Shown here piece after piece: positions 47,844 through 62,534 of a DNA stretch of 64,000 bases (its first letter is position 1; each line of letters starts with the position of its first letter). The stretch is taken from assembly GCF_009914755.1 (NCBI RefSeq), contig NC_060929.1; one strand, 5' to 3'. The translations under genes were made by a program, and so were the position numbers. The notes under the pieces were generated by a model. It searched no databases. It worked only from the letters and a program-made list of their open reading frames with translations, and was not told the origin of the DNA. The DNA is from the human T2T-CHM13v2.0 reference genome, Homo sapiens.

Positions 47844-48427
47844 TGTTCATCAGATAACTATTGCTGCCTTAAAAGTCACCCCTAAACTTAGGAGACTAAA
47901 ACAACAATATTAATTTATTTCATAGGTCCTGCATGTCAGTAATTTGGGAGCAGTGTGGTGGTATGGTTCTGGCTTGGGATCACTCGTGAAGCTTCAGTCA
48001 GATGGTGGCCACAACTGGGGTTCTCCAAGATGTATTCATTGTCATGGCTGGGGCCTGAGCTGAGAACAGTGGAGCAGAGTCTGGAAGAAATGGGGCTTCT
48101 CATATTCTCTCTGTGTCTTTTTGTAGTCCCTTCTCATGGTGTCTCTAGGATGACAGCTTCAAGGTAGCCAGGATTGTAACATGGCAGCTAGGAATGTAAA
48201 GGTTTATATCCTCCAAGAAAGCCAGGGGAAGTTATACCATGTGCTATAAACAAACCTCAGAAATCATGTAGCAAACCTTTCTCCACATTCTATTTGTCAA
48301 GGTAGTAAAAAGGAACTGCCCAAGTAGAAGGCAAGGGACAAAGACCCCCAGTCTCTCAATAAAGTGACAACATCACACTGGAAGAACATGTGAGATTTTC
48401 CATCTTCTGAAAATATAACCTTCTACA
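47844..48427 (-). mobile_element. MLT1 (F/G/H-like) solo LTR
   Basis: ctattgctg...cccctaaacttag...aaaacaacaa...tggttctggcttggg...ccacattctatttgtca. Confidence 0.75.
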
Positions 48428-50002
48428 TACTGATTCTTAGAATTTGAATTCAAAATGCACTCAGTTGAAATCTACAAATCACATCACATTTACAGACATT
48501 AGTGAATTATATTGGATCTGCACTTCTCATTATATGTGTGGTAGTCCTCAGCATCTGATTACAGGGCTTTATTCAAAGTGTTTGCTTGGCAAGTATCTAT
48601 GGCCTTGTCACAATGCTGTTTAGCTAGAAAAAGAAGACACAGCTAATTTCTATTCCTTCTTAAGTTGTTGTGTGAACAGGTTTAACCTCTCCATGCTTTT
48701 ACTAATCTGTAAAATGAAGACCATATTAGCTCTCTTTCCTATATCACATAATTTATGAGAATAACCCATGTATTCATGTCCCACACAAATTTGGAACTAC
48801 AGTAGGAAACCTAAAATGGTAGCAGAACCATATTCTCTTTGTCTCTGATGCCATTTGTAGAATTTTAGAAATTCTGACCTAATTGAAATTACTGCGTTAG
48901 TTTGGAAAATTCCAGGGGCCTGACTGGCATGCACCGTCCTACAGTGTATTTCCTTCTTTACAGTTCCTGAATGTGATGTCTTAGGATGATGTCACTTTGC
49001 TAAAGTGGGAACACCACGAGCCATCTCTATTAATTCAATCCGTTCATAAGGAATGTTGCTTTGTGCTCTCCAGGACTCAGCCAGGGGGCTGTGACAAAGA
49101 GAAATCACACTAGCAAATGTCACTCTGCTTTCAAAATCACCTTTCTCCTTTAACAACTGCTTGCCCTGCAACCATGTTCTTGTATATTGACCCCTGATAC
49201 TTTAGGAAGAACTTCTTTCCAATAAGCTGTTTACTCTCCATGTGAGCAGAAACCCAGCTGGCCTGCCTCACAGGCTGTCCAAGCATGGCCAGACAACTCA
49301 ATCCCCAGATTAGTTTAGGCTTTGCTGATTTCATCTTTCATGCCAATTCCAACTGATGAAGCATAGCCAACTGGAGTAACGGAGTAACCTAAAGCAGAGT
49401 CCAGGATCAGGAAGAAGAGTTCCTTGATCCGCTAATATTGTCTGCCAAAGGCACAGGAGGAAGAGAATGGTAACAATAAATCTCAGTGTTGTTAGAGCTA
49501 AGCACAAGCCAAGGAGAAAAGGTGCAGCAATATTCCCGGCCTGCAGGTTGACTGAAGATGACAAGGTGAGAGAATTGCTAAGTTTGTACAAAAGCTACAG
49601 TCATGGTTTGAGGAGAAGAAGGCTGAAATAGGAGAAAATCCATGAAAACAATAAAGTGTTTTTCAAATAAATTATTATTCCTTATTACAAAATTAGTACA
49701 TGGTTATCATAAAACATATAGAAATATGAAAAAATATAAAGACATTTTAATTACCTATTACACTATCTTCCATTGTCAATGTTTATATGTATTTCTTTTT
49801 AGACTTTTTCTATACATACGCATAGTTTAATATTTTATTTTAACTTATGATCAGCTTCAGTATTTTCCTATGACATTATATAAGGAGTTTTGAATAGCAC
49901 TATTATCTTTTATTACATAAATTTACCACAACTAATTTAATCAATATTTTATTCTTGGAAATTTGGGTTCTTCCTAATTTTACAATTAACACAAGGATAA
50001 AC

Positions 50003-50612
50003 CATGGCAGGCAGAAGTCAAAGATGGTCTCCAAAAGTCCCGGTCCCTGGGGTACACACAGTCATCCAGTCAAACACTAATCTAGGTGCTGTTGTAATGG
50101 ATTTTGCAGATGTAATTAAGGTCTCAAAGCAGTTGACTGTAAGATAGGGAGATTATCCTAATCGGCCTGACAATAACATTAGCCCTTTAATCCTGGGTCT
50201 AGAGGTCAAAGATAGGGGAAATCAGAAATTCAAAGTACAAAGGGATTTGACACACAAGAAGTTCTTTGTCACTGGAGGTGGGAGATGCCACATGGCAAAG
50301 AATGTAGGTGGTCTCTAGGGGCTGAGAGCACACCGCGGCTGACAGCCTGCAAAGAAACTTGGACCTCAAACTGCAGCCACAGGAACTGAATTATGCCAAC
50401 AAACTGAATGATCCTGGAAGCCGATTCTTCCCCAGAGTCTCTAGACCAGAACTCATCCTGGTTGATACCTTGATTTCAGCTGTGCAATACCCTGAGCAGA
50501 GAATCCAGTCATCTTGTTGCTGGCTTCTCACCTATATAACTGAGCTGAGAAATGAGTGTTGTTTTAAGCCGCTAAATTAGTGGTTGTTATACAGCAATAG
50601 ATAACTAATATA
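50003..50612 (+). mobile_element. MLT1E-like solo LTR
   Basis: caaacactaatctaggtgctg, ttttgcagatgtaattaaggt, ggaactgaattatgccaac, ttttaagccgctaaat...cagcaatagataactaata. Confidence 0.85.
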
Positions 50613-50613
50613 A

Positions 50614-50953
<340 letters not shown>

Positions 50954-51829
50954 TCAGATTATTTCTTTAAGATTTATTTCTAAACATAGAATTACTGAGA
51001 CAAAGAATTTCAGTACTTTGACTCCATATGCATTACCAAATTTTCTTCTATAAAGGTGTGACAATTTACACTCTTACTATATATATATGAGTTGTTTTAC
51101 TCTACCTTTACCACCTCTGAATGTTATCATTTTTAAAAATAATCCTTCCAAATTTACCTGTATTTCCTTCTAGTTTTCTTATGGTTTGATTTTAAGCAGT
51201 TAACATTTTAATCCACCTAGAATTTATTTAGGTATCAAGTATGTGGTAGGGGATTAGTTTTTTTCATTTCATCTCTCATATTATTAATATGTGTATTTTA
51301 TATTGAATATTAATTATTTAATAAATCCTTTTTTCATTAATTTATGACACACCTTTTTATAATCTAAATTTTTACATATCCTGATGTTTGTTTCTAATTC
51401 ATCTGTTCAGTTTTACTGATCCCATAATATTTATGTGAAAGTAATATATGTTTGAATGAACATTAAGCAGCTTCTATTCACAGACTCAAGAGCGTGGTAC
51501 ATTTGGATGATCAGCAGAAGAGATTTTAAAAGAGAAATACAGAAACCTCCAAAAGCAAGGAAAAGTCACAACAGGACAACCTATACCTTAGAAGTGCATC
51601 TGAAAGTTGACAGAAAGGCCTGTTACTGGGCAGCCATTGTGGTCTCATTTCCATTGACCATGTGACTTCAAAAGACTATTTGAGGATCTAGGATGGCCCA
51701 TTGTAGAAAAGAGCCTCAGGTTTTGGATTTCTAACAACTAAACTAATTAATGATATACCTTCAACCTCCTTCACCCTTCTAAATATTCCCAACTATTGAG
51801 TACCTTCAGCTCCCTGAAGCTGGTTCTAT

Positions 51830-52332
51830 TAATGTTGATTTGCTTTTTCTTCCTTGGCAATATAAATTATGACTCTTAGCTGGTTACAGAGCTAAGATGA
51901 GTTCTGTCTGAGTATGGGATAAAGATTACATTTTCCAAAATTCCTCAGAGATAGATAGGCAAAGTCACATGACTAAGTTCTGGCCAATAGCATATAGGCA
52001 GATATGTCATATGTGGTATCCAGTAAGTATCCTTAAAGAGATGAGGTTCACCCTTCACTTTCTCTTTCTACTTCCTGCTTGCTAAACTGTGGAGTTATGG
52101 TTATAATTCAAGCAGCCATCTTGAACCATAAGGTGGAAGCCACATGTTGCAGGTGAAATAACAACAAAATAGAAGGACCTGAGTTCTTAATTTTCACTGT
52201 GACATCATACAAGCTCTTTACTGCTTATCATTTATCTTTGCTTATCAAAGAGAGAAATATACTTTATCTTATTTAAGCTGTTAGTGTTCCACGTTTCTAT
52301 TACTAAGCAACAAATATAATCATAACTGATTA
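51830..52332 (+). mobile_element. MLT1J-like solo LTR
   Basis: catgactaagttctggccaat, agcagccatcttgaacca, ctttatcttatttaagc. Confidence 0.75.
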
Positions 52333-53776
52333 CCACTACCCACAAGATAGAACAAAGAGTCTCTGGCTATCTCTGCTAGAAAACCCTTATTTCCTCCAGA
52401 TTTCTCACATTGGAGTATTCAATACAGTCCTCCAGAACCTACCTTTTATTCTCTCTTTTCCAGTGTGAGGGATAAACCCTTATGCCTTCTTTCAAGCCAG
52501 TACCAGGTTGTCTGTTTTATGTGACTACATAGGTATTTTGATTCAAACAATAGCCTAACTACCTATTTTGACATATTGTACAAGCAGATTAATACAGTAG
52601 ATTCTCAGTGACACAACAATATCCAGAACTTTAAATCAAAGAGCACTGACAGGCCAAGAAATAAAAGGCATTGCTGTAATAAAATAGAAGCTTAGGACCA
52701 GTGTATATCAAGACAGCAAAATGTTATTGCCATCAAAGATATGCATTGTGTTCAGTTTGAGTTGGAGAACAAGGGTTAGTGCACAGTTGGGGTGAAAAAA
52801 GAAACAGTTGCAAGTTTTCCAATCACAGGCTGAAATGGTGGCTGTCATCTAAACATATCTCATAGCATTTTGTGGTACAGCCACATATATTATTAATAGC
52901 AATAGAAAAGAGATGACTTGGTAAGGCAGAAGGTAGGATGGTTAACATAGATGAGCCCCTTTCCTTTAATACCCTCCCTTGGATTCGGCACACATGAAAT
53001 CATCTATAGCTCATGAAAATACAGCCTCTGGAAATTCAAGTGCCCACAATTAGCTGAGTGTCTTTAGCTGACAGTTTTTGAACAAGCCGATTGTATTATT
53101 TTTTCCAAAATAAATCAAAACTAAATATGAATCCCTAAGAGATAGTAAGTCTGAGAATATCAAAGTATTGATTTGTTACTATACAATGTTCTATTAGTAT
53201 AATCATGACACCTAAAATTGATCTGATAGATTCAAGTTCTAATACAGACAACCTAGAATTCTAATTTCCAAGGCAACTATTCAGAAACTCATTGAAAACA
53301 TTGCTTCTAATTCTCATAATTAACTCACATCACTATCCAGGCCTTTTTAGTATAGTTTAACCTTATAAGTGCCCTATGTATAATGACCGTGTACATCAAA
53401 CAAGTTATAATTACTAAAAATATGCTTTCCTTACTATTAGTACTTCAAAAACATGTATGACTGCCAATAACAATTTCTATTAGGCATGAGGCAATTAGTG
53501 TTAACACACTGGAATAATACAAAAGCAAAAAAAAAATGTGGTTTTAGTTAACCTGGGAATTCTTACAATTATTTCTATCAGGGATAGATTATTTCTATCA
53601 GGCTCTTAAAAGGACAGGAAAGAGCTCCCAGGACCACATGAATGAACTTTTGAGAGCTCAGGACTCCAAGATGAGCATACTGCTGTAATATTATATGTAA
53701 TTTACTTTGAAATAATTCTGTACAAACAGTGTTACAAAATGTGTGAATTAAACCTAAACTACAACCTAAGGCATTG

Positions 53777-54152
53777 TGATATGGTTTGGCTTTGTCCCCA
53801 CCAAAAATCTCATCTTGAATTGTAATCCCCATTATCCCCACCTATCAAAGGAGAGACCAGGTGGAGGTAATTGAATCATGGGAGCGGTTTCCTTTATGCT
53901 GCTCTCATGATAGTGAGTGAGTTCTCATGAGATCTGATGGTTTTATAAGTCTGTGGTAGTTCTTCCTTCATTCACAGGAAGGACTGCCACTTTGTGAAGA
54001 AGGTGCGTTGCTTCCCTTTCACATTCCGCCATGATTGTAAGTTTCCTGAGGCCTCCCCAGGCATGCTGAACTGCAAGTCAATTAAACTTATTTCCTTTAT
54101 AAATTACCTAGTCTCGGAAGTCCTTTATAGCAGTGCGCAATGGACTAATACA
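53777..54152 (+). mobile_element. THE1D-like MaLR solo LTR
   Basis: tgatatggtttggct...ccatgattgtaagtttcctgaggcctcccc...tggactaataca; TSD cattg/caatg. Confidence 0.9.
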
Positions 54153-54754
54153 CAATGTTAGCATTTGAAGTAATCAGGAGTTCACCCTCCAGGACTGGGG
54201 CTGCAACAAGACCTTCAAATATCAATATCTGAATCTGCACTAGAGAGTTTGTATAGTATTACAAAGAACCTTGCAAGTACATTTTCACTGCTGAAATTAG
54301 TGATGTTCAAGATACGTGTTTGGCTTGGAATTTTATACAGGCACCTCTGCCCTTCATGAATGAAGTCAAACTCTGAGCTATATGAGCTATTTCTCTCCAT
54401 ATCCTTGTTTGGATCTTCCTAATTATTTCTGTAGGTAATCAGTATTTTCTATTTTCAACTGCCCACGTTTAATGTCTGCTAGAGGGATTTCACACATTAG
54501 AGTCACTAACTTCTAAGGGCTCAAACCCTTAAAACTACTCAGTGCTTCCCTTTACAGCTTCACAGTTGTAGCATGAAGCCTAATATCTCTGAAAACTCCA
54601 GAGCACCCGCACCTCCATTCTTCTTTCTTCCTTGTCAGGGATAGATGTGAAATTATTGGACATCATCTTATGTTTCTTTTCTGCTTTCAAATAATGGACA
54701 AGAATATGTTTGTCATCAGGGAGAATCACCTGATGAGGTTGGAGTAGTTTTCTC

Positions 54755-56172
<1,418 letters not shown>

Positions 56173-56300
56173 TATTAGGAATGCACTTTTGAATATCCTG
56201 TCCCTAACTAAAATAAAATAAGAAGACAAAAAAGGTCAATTTTATTTTAAAAGAAAATTGCATATTATTGTTACTTTAATTTTTAAGATTTTTATACCAA

Positions 56301-56333
56301 ACACACACAAACACACACACACACACACACACA
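56301..56333. repeat. (CA)n microsatellite
   Basis: Read directly from the sequence. Confidence 0.9.
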
Positions 56334-57109
56334 TAACTCTGGTGAGCCCAGTAGGATACCTTCAAAGTAACAGCCATATCAAACTCTGTTTCATCCTGTG
56401 TCCATACATTTAATGGTGGAATCTGTTTCCTGATCCAACAGGGTTAGCTAATGCTGCTGACAGAATATTGTCATTTTCTCCAGATGAATGATTCATGCAA
56501 GGTCCTTGTCAGAGCACCTGAAAAGATTTTTTAAAAAGCAGGGTTTTCACTGGGTTTATAGGAAAAGAGTGTTTCAATGTTTTGTGACTGCTGGCTAACA
56601 AAAAATGCATTTATGTGGCAGTATTTGGTTCACAAAATATTTCATTTTTACAGTTCTTGTGATAGCAGTGTTGTAGAGTAGGAAACTTAGTTTCTATCTT
56701 TTTTTAGTTGCCACAGGTGTCTATTTTGCCAGCGTAATCTAATAATTATGAACAGTTGATTGGCCAACTCAATTTACAACACATTGAATAAGGTATGGTG
56801 CAAGATCACTCTGTAATTCTATATTGTACATACTGTATTGCACAATTCTGTATTGCATTGTTCAAGATGAGTACAATTCAATACAGTATTTGTTTCTGTA
56901 TAAAGATGTTTGTCAAGTAACGAGTTTGAATAAATAGGAATCTCATCAGCAATATTTATAAATACCTGATTTGCCACAACTACTTTCAAAACAATGTCTC
57001 AGATATTCTAGAGATTTATAATTCTCAAGCACCATTACCTTTAAGATTCCAATCATTTTAATTAAAAATGTACACCAATATAAATAAGGTCTTATTTTTT
57101 CCTTTTTCT

Positions 57110-57600
57110 GTGCTTGCTATGTGATCTTAGACAAAATTAGATACCTTTCTAGACCTCAATTTTTCTCATGATAAAATAAGGAATTAAACTAAATGATTTA
57201 TAAGTTCCATACCATTTCTAATTATTCATAAATCCCTTCATTCAGGGACAATTTTTTGAGAACTGACCCACATTACCTAGTGTACTAGGCAAGAGGTAAA
57301 GCAATGTGGGTGGTTTATAAGACTAACCACAAGATAAATAAAATGAGAGTCTGATCTCATAAAGTCTATGATGCAGTATATGAAGTCTCATGAAAGAGAT
57401 ATAACCAAGGTTAAGAAAATAAAGAGCATGGCTGACTTCATTCTAAGGGAGGCTTTCAAAAATTTCCTGAAGAAAGGGACAGTTGAGTTCAAAAACCTTT
57501 AAGAAAAGATGGAGCTTGGACAGACAGAAATTGAATCAGGAATGAGTAATTATTTAGCACATGCAGACCATAGGTGAGTGCACATAACAAAGTAGTATGT
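57110..57600. mobile_element. MIR3-like fragment (+, to ~57230) abutting an L2 fragment (-)
   Basis: gctatgtgatcttagacaa...cctcaattttt; then ttcattca...tttcctgaagaaag...gttgag. Confidence 0.55.
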
Positions 57601-58129
57601 TTCCCCCCAATTCAGCCCCAGCCCTTTTCTTGGAAATTTGAATTCATGTGTCTATTTTTATGTGTAAATACAGTTACAGGTTTTTCATGGACCTAAAAAA
57701 TTTACCAAGGCCATTTGTGAACGTCTTAATTTTTTTTTTAAAGAGCAGAGATAACCATGGCCTTAGACAGCTTCACATCAGTTGGTTGTTGTATTGATTT
57801 TCTCTCTTGTGACAGTCACAGGCAAGACATGGAGCTGCCAATATCTCTTGGCAGACAATAATTTGAAAAGAGTGCTAGTATTTTGTGTAAAGATCAGCAT
57901 ATGCTACTCAAAAAATAAAAAAAGATACAACTTGTCTTTTTCTGGTTCAAAAGAATGCCATTGTGGGATACCAAAAGTTACTACATTATACTATGAGTAA
58001 GAAAGGTGGAGTGCCATGGGCTATTTCTATATGTGTGGCGATGAAATCAAGACAAATGCATTCCATATAAAGCCTTAGAGTATTTATAGACATACACACA
58101 TGCACACACACATAAGTATATGTATATGC

Positions 58130-58325
58130 GCTATTTTATATTATCTCATTTAGTCCTCCCTACATGAATGAGGTAGTGACTACAATTATCTGTTTTGATG
58201 AGGAGGAAATTAAAGCACAGTAGGGTTAAATAATTTGCTCAAAGTTGTTACTAGCAAACAGCAGAGCCAAGTTTCAAGTCTATGGCTGTCTGATTCTAGA
58301 ATATGCACTTAATTCCTCTACACCT
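58130..58325 (-). mobile_element. MIR
   Basis: tattatctcatttagtcctc...gaggaaattaaagcacag...gttaaataatttgctcaa...tgtctgattctaga. Confidence 0.75.
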
Positions 58326-58686
58326 TAGTGTCACTATTTGCCTAATTAACAGAGACAGATGCAGAATTCTGCACCTGTTTCACCACAAGTATAAAAACAA
58401 TATCAGGCAAACCAAGGGATGAGATGCACTTATAATAGTTTCTTCACCTGAGATTTAGTCTCCCAGGTGCAAATAACCAAAAAGCATATTTAACATACCA
58501 TGAGACTTCAATAGAAAGCTGGGTGGCAAGCTGCAGATATACGATGGATAAAACCTGAAACTTATTGAGTCATATAAGTATTTATAAGCTTGAAGATGTT
58601 AATGCTAGCAAGGGGATTAAAACAAATGAGATGGTACTTTAAAATATTCCCTGGGGAGATTAAGAAAACTGAAAGTTGGCATTGGG

Positions 58687-58688
<2 letters not shown>

Positions 58689-58723
<35 letters not shown>
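58689..58723. repeat. (AC)17 perfect microsatellite
   Basis: Read directly from the sequence. Confidence 0.95.
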
Positions 58724-58727
<4 letters not shown>

Positions 58728-59689
58728 AAGATAATTTTTAAAGTCAGAGGCTATTAAGCACAGTTCTCAAAAATTGAATTATTACTGAAAAGAAAAGATT
58801 TTGGCAGTCAGAAAGCAATAAAAAAGTATCTGAAAAGTGGTAATGGTTGTAAAATCTTCCAAGAATTCAATACTTGAAGTAGCTAATAAAGAATAGCTGG
58901 TATATTGGAAACTGTCAGAATTAATAAAATTTTCTGACTAGCATTATAAAGTCAGAAGAATTGGTAAGCATGTTTACTGATTTGCTCAAATTATCAATAA
59001 AGGAAAACTGAAAGATTAAATATCTTGATATTCAAATACCTAGAAAAAAGAACTGAAATTTTGGGGAAATATTAGATAGTACAAACATAATTGCAGTTCA
59101 GTGACTTCCTGAATCTATGTGAAGATTATTTTCTATGATAAATAAATATCAGTGTTAATGCAAATAGCATCCTCACGGTAAACTTTTCTATTTCCACTAC
59201 TAAAAGCATCCTGTAGATAAAATGAGAGGTCTAATCTCATAAAGTCTCTAAAGTCTCTAAAATGGAGACTTTATTTAAATAAAAACTCTAAAGTCTCATA
59301 AAGTCTCTAAAATAGGTGAAAAATAGATGATTTTGATAGCAATAATTATGTATATATTTAAAAGCATCATGCTCCCAAAAGAAGTTGTATCAAGACTTTT
59401 GGCCAATTGATTGGTCATAGTGTCATTATACAACCACCATTTAATTTGAAATTATAAAATATAGTAACAATGAAAGCTAGCATTGAAAAATTACAGGAAG
59501 GTATAAAAATTACCTATATTTCAGAGTAAAAAGAGAAGATAGTAGAATCTCTAAATAAAACAGATAATAGACACACTTTTAAAACATAGGAAGACCAATA
59601 CTTAATTGTTATTGCGTCAACTGAAATTGGAGTCTTTGTGGCAACTGAAAATGCAGTCTTATAAGCCTAAATCAAATCTTTACATTCTC

Positions 59690-59861
59690 TGCTATGATTC
59701 ATGTGCTTTCCAGCTAGTTACTAAAAACTCCAAACTTCACTTTAATAATCTGTAAAAAAAAAAAAGTGATAATAGCATGCAGAAATAAATTGAAGTAAAA
59801 TATCAAGGGCTTTCCCACAATGCCTGGCACATAGTAATGCCAAACAAATTTTAGTTATCTT
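59690..59861 (+). mobile_element. MIR fragment
   Basis: atctgtaaaa...gataatag...caatgcctggcacatagtaa. Confidence 0.7.
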
Positions 59862-62534
59862 CCTCTCAGAAAGAACTTTCTGTTCAAAGTTCTTTCTTCT
59901 GGAAAATTGGAAATGTGGTATAAGTTATAGCCTTTGAGAAGCTTGTAGCCTTGTTGGAATGATGAGATATATAGTCAGGGAACAGTCAAAGATTATAAGC
60001 ATTTTATAATGAAATATGAAATATAAGTACTAACTGTTCAAAAAACAGTACTTATATAAAAAAAAAGACAAATCAAAGAAGGCATAAATTGTGGTTAACT
60101 ATAAGGCTTCAAGAACAGATAAGACCCAAGGAGGATCCTGATGTACAAGCAGGATTGGATATGTGAATGGGAAGGAGGAGCCTTTTCCAAGCCACAAGAG
60201 CAATAGGTCTGGAAATTGGCCCTCCATCTTCCTGGCTCAATCCAGCCAACCCGAAGCTTAGCTTCTGGGAGCAACAGTACCAGATACCATCTGCTTGTCA
60301 GACTTACATCAAGGGGGCTTTCATCTCATCTCAGTCAGCTTTACCAAATCCCCCTTCCCAATGCATTTGCCTGCCAGGGTCCTCACACTCTCCAAAACTA
60401 CTTCCTGCCTTAATGAAATTTATGAAGAGAAACATCAAAATTTGTTGTTCTGAATCAAGAGTTTGAGGATGTATCAGAATCCCTGGGGGACAGAAGAGAA
60501 TGTGGGGAGGATCTAGCATAGGTAATTCTGATACCCCACACTCTACCTAAGAACATCTGACATAAATTTTATGCTAAAGAAATCAACAAGAGTCAAACAC
60601 TAGCAAGACATCAACAGAAGCCAGATATATGAATAGATATGGAGGTAAAACAGACAGAAAAGCAGGAACCAGTGATGTGTGGTCATCACAAAGAGTTGAA
60701 GAACATCTCAGGCCAACGACATCTGTGTGGAATATTAAAAAATTGATATATGGCCCCAGAATACCGAAATTTTATTCAGTACTTTTCAACAGAGTATGAC
60801 CTATGCAGCTGAAATTACCAGGCTTCTCTTTCCAAGTGAAAAAAGGATGCATTCATTCTTTTCCCAGCCTAAAACAGGATTATAAATGGCAACAGACCTC
60901 TCAAAACCTTGTCTTCAGTTACACAAAAATCAGTCTTACATACAATGTGAAGATGTCAGATGTGAGATTCAGCCACAGCCACATACAGGTTATCAGGCAA
61001 GGTGTGCAAAAATGCTGATCATGACAGGTAAGTGTTTACAAAATGAGAGTTCCCTCCCTCTGCAGACAACTGTGCAGCAGCATGTAAAGGTGAACAGAGA
61101 TGCTATACATAGCTCCCGCTAACTGATATGCCTATCAAGTATAATGTTTCCATCCTAAAATGAATGCAAATTGCCCTGAGTACTTTTTAGCCTAAATTTA
61201 GATGTAAAAATATGGTAATGGATGTGCTTTCTTTCATATTTAAATATTGTGCTGCTGACCCTGCATTATTAGGGCACACACTTGAGGCCAGCTGCCCCAG
61301 TGTCACTGACGGATTTGCAGGCCGCCTATAACCAATAGCAGAAATAAAACAAAACAAATCACCCTAGCCAGAAATGGAGCTTATGGAGGTTACAGTGAGA
61401 TTCTAGCAGTTTCTTCACCCCTGAACTTATCCCCATTCCACTGCCACCCCCAAGACTTGGAAATCAGGGAAATAACATGGTCCTTTAAGAGTTCAGCTCT
61501 AATATTAACACACAGTTGCACTGAGCAGAGAGATGCCAAGTTACTTTTGAGATAGAATGGCCTTTGGATCTACAGGATCTCACTATGTGCTGAGATGAAG
61601 GGAATGTTTTCAACCTTCCACACAAGAGAATTTTCAGTTTTCTGGCTCAGGTTCCCCATAAGTAAAGTTCACCTTCTAAGTGGCTTAGCCAGACCTATTC
61701 TAGGCTTACAGTGTTACAGAAAAGGGTGAATGCAAACGAAAAACCAGGAAAGTAAGGCCAAGAGTAAAATGGAAGGATCCTTGCTTGCTAGATGAATGCC
61801 CAAGTTCCCACTCTTCCTTTCATATGAAGAATTTGCACATGGCCTTAAAATGTTGGAAAAACCTTTGGATAAAACAGAAGGAGAAGCAGTCAAGTAAAGA
61901 TCTTACAGATGGGCCAAAATGTCAGATTTGACAAAAGTTTAGGGATTTCACATGAGAGTCTCTGAGAAAACTGAAAGATGCTAAAGAACTGCAAAAGAAA
62001 GAGAATGAGTTTTGAAAAATGTTTTCCTGAGTTTTGGATTGTGTCCTATTACTGTTCTGTGAGAGATACAGAAAAAGAAATAATATTTTCAAAGGTGATT
62101 TTTGTAAAGGTGACTATATGCATAGAATGAGCCACCTGAGACCAAAAGAAGGTTTTATAACTATAATCTCATTAAATATATTAATATATGTAAAAAAGAT
62201 TACCTTTTAATGTAAAGATTATCAAAAGTAGGACTTTAAAAAGTAGGACTAGTCAGGCATGAAAACATATGAATCTAAAAAGGAGATGCTCCAAGGCTGG
62301 TGCCTAAAAGCCTGCTACCAGAACTGCCCAAGAAGGGAGCCTTGGCCCAAGGACTGCCCTCTCTAGATCCTGGAACACATCACTGCTTTTGAAAACCTAA
62401 TGATTTGAGTGTGACAGTGTGATGTCATTCATATTTAAATCCTGTAAATAATCCCCCTTGTTCTGGCTCCATTCTCACCAAACAATATTTTATATCCTGC
62501 CTAGGGGTCTCAATTGTCCTATCCTGTGGTACCT

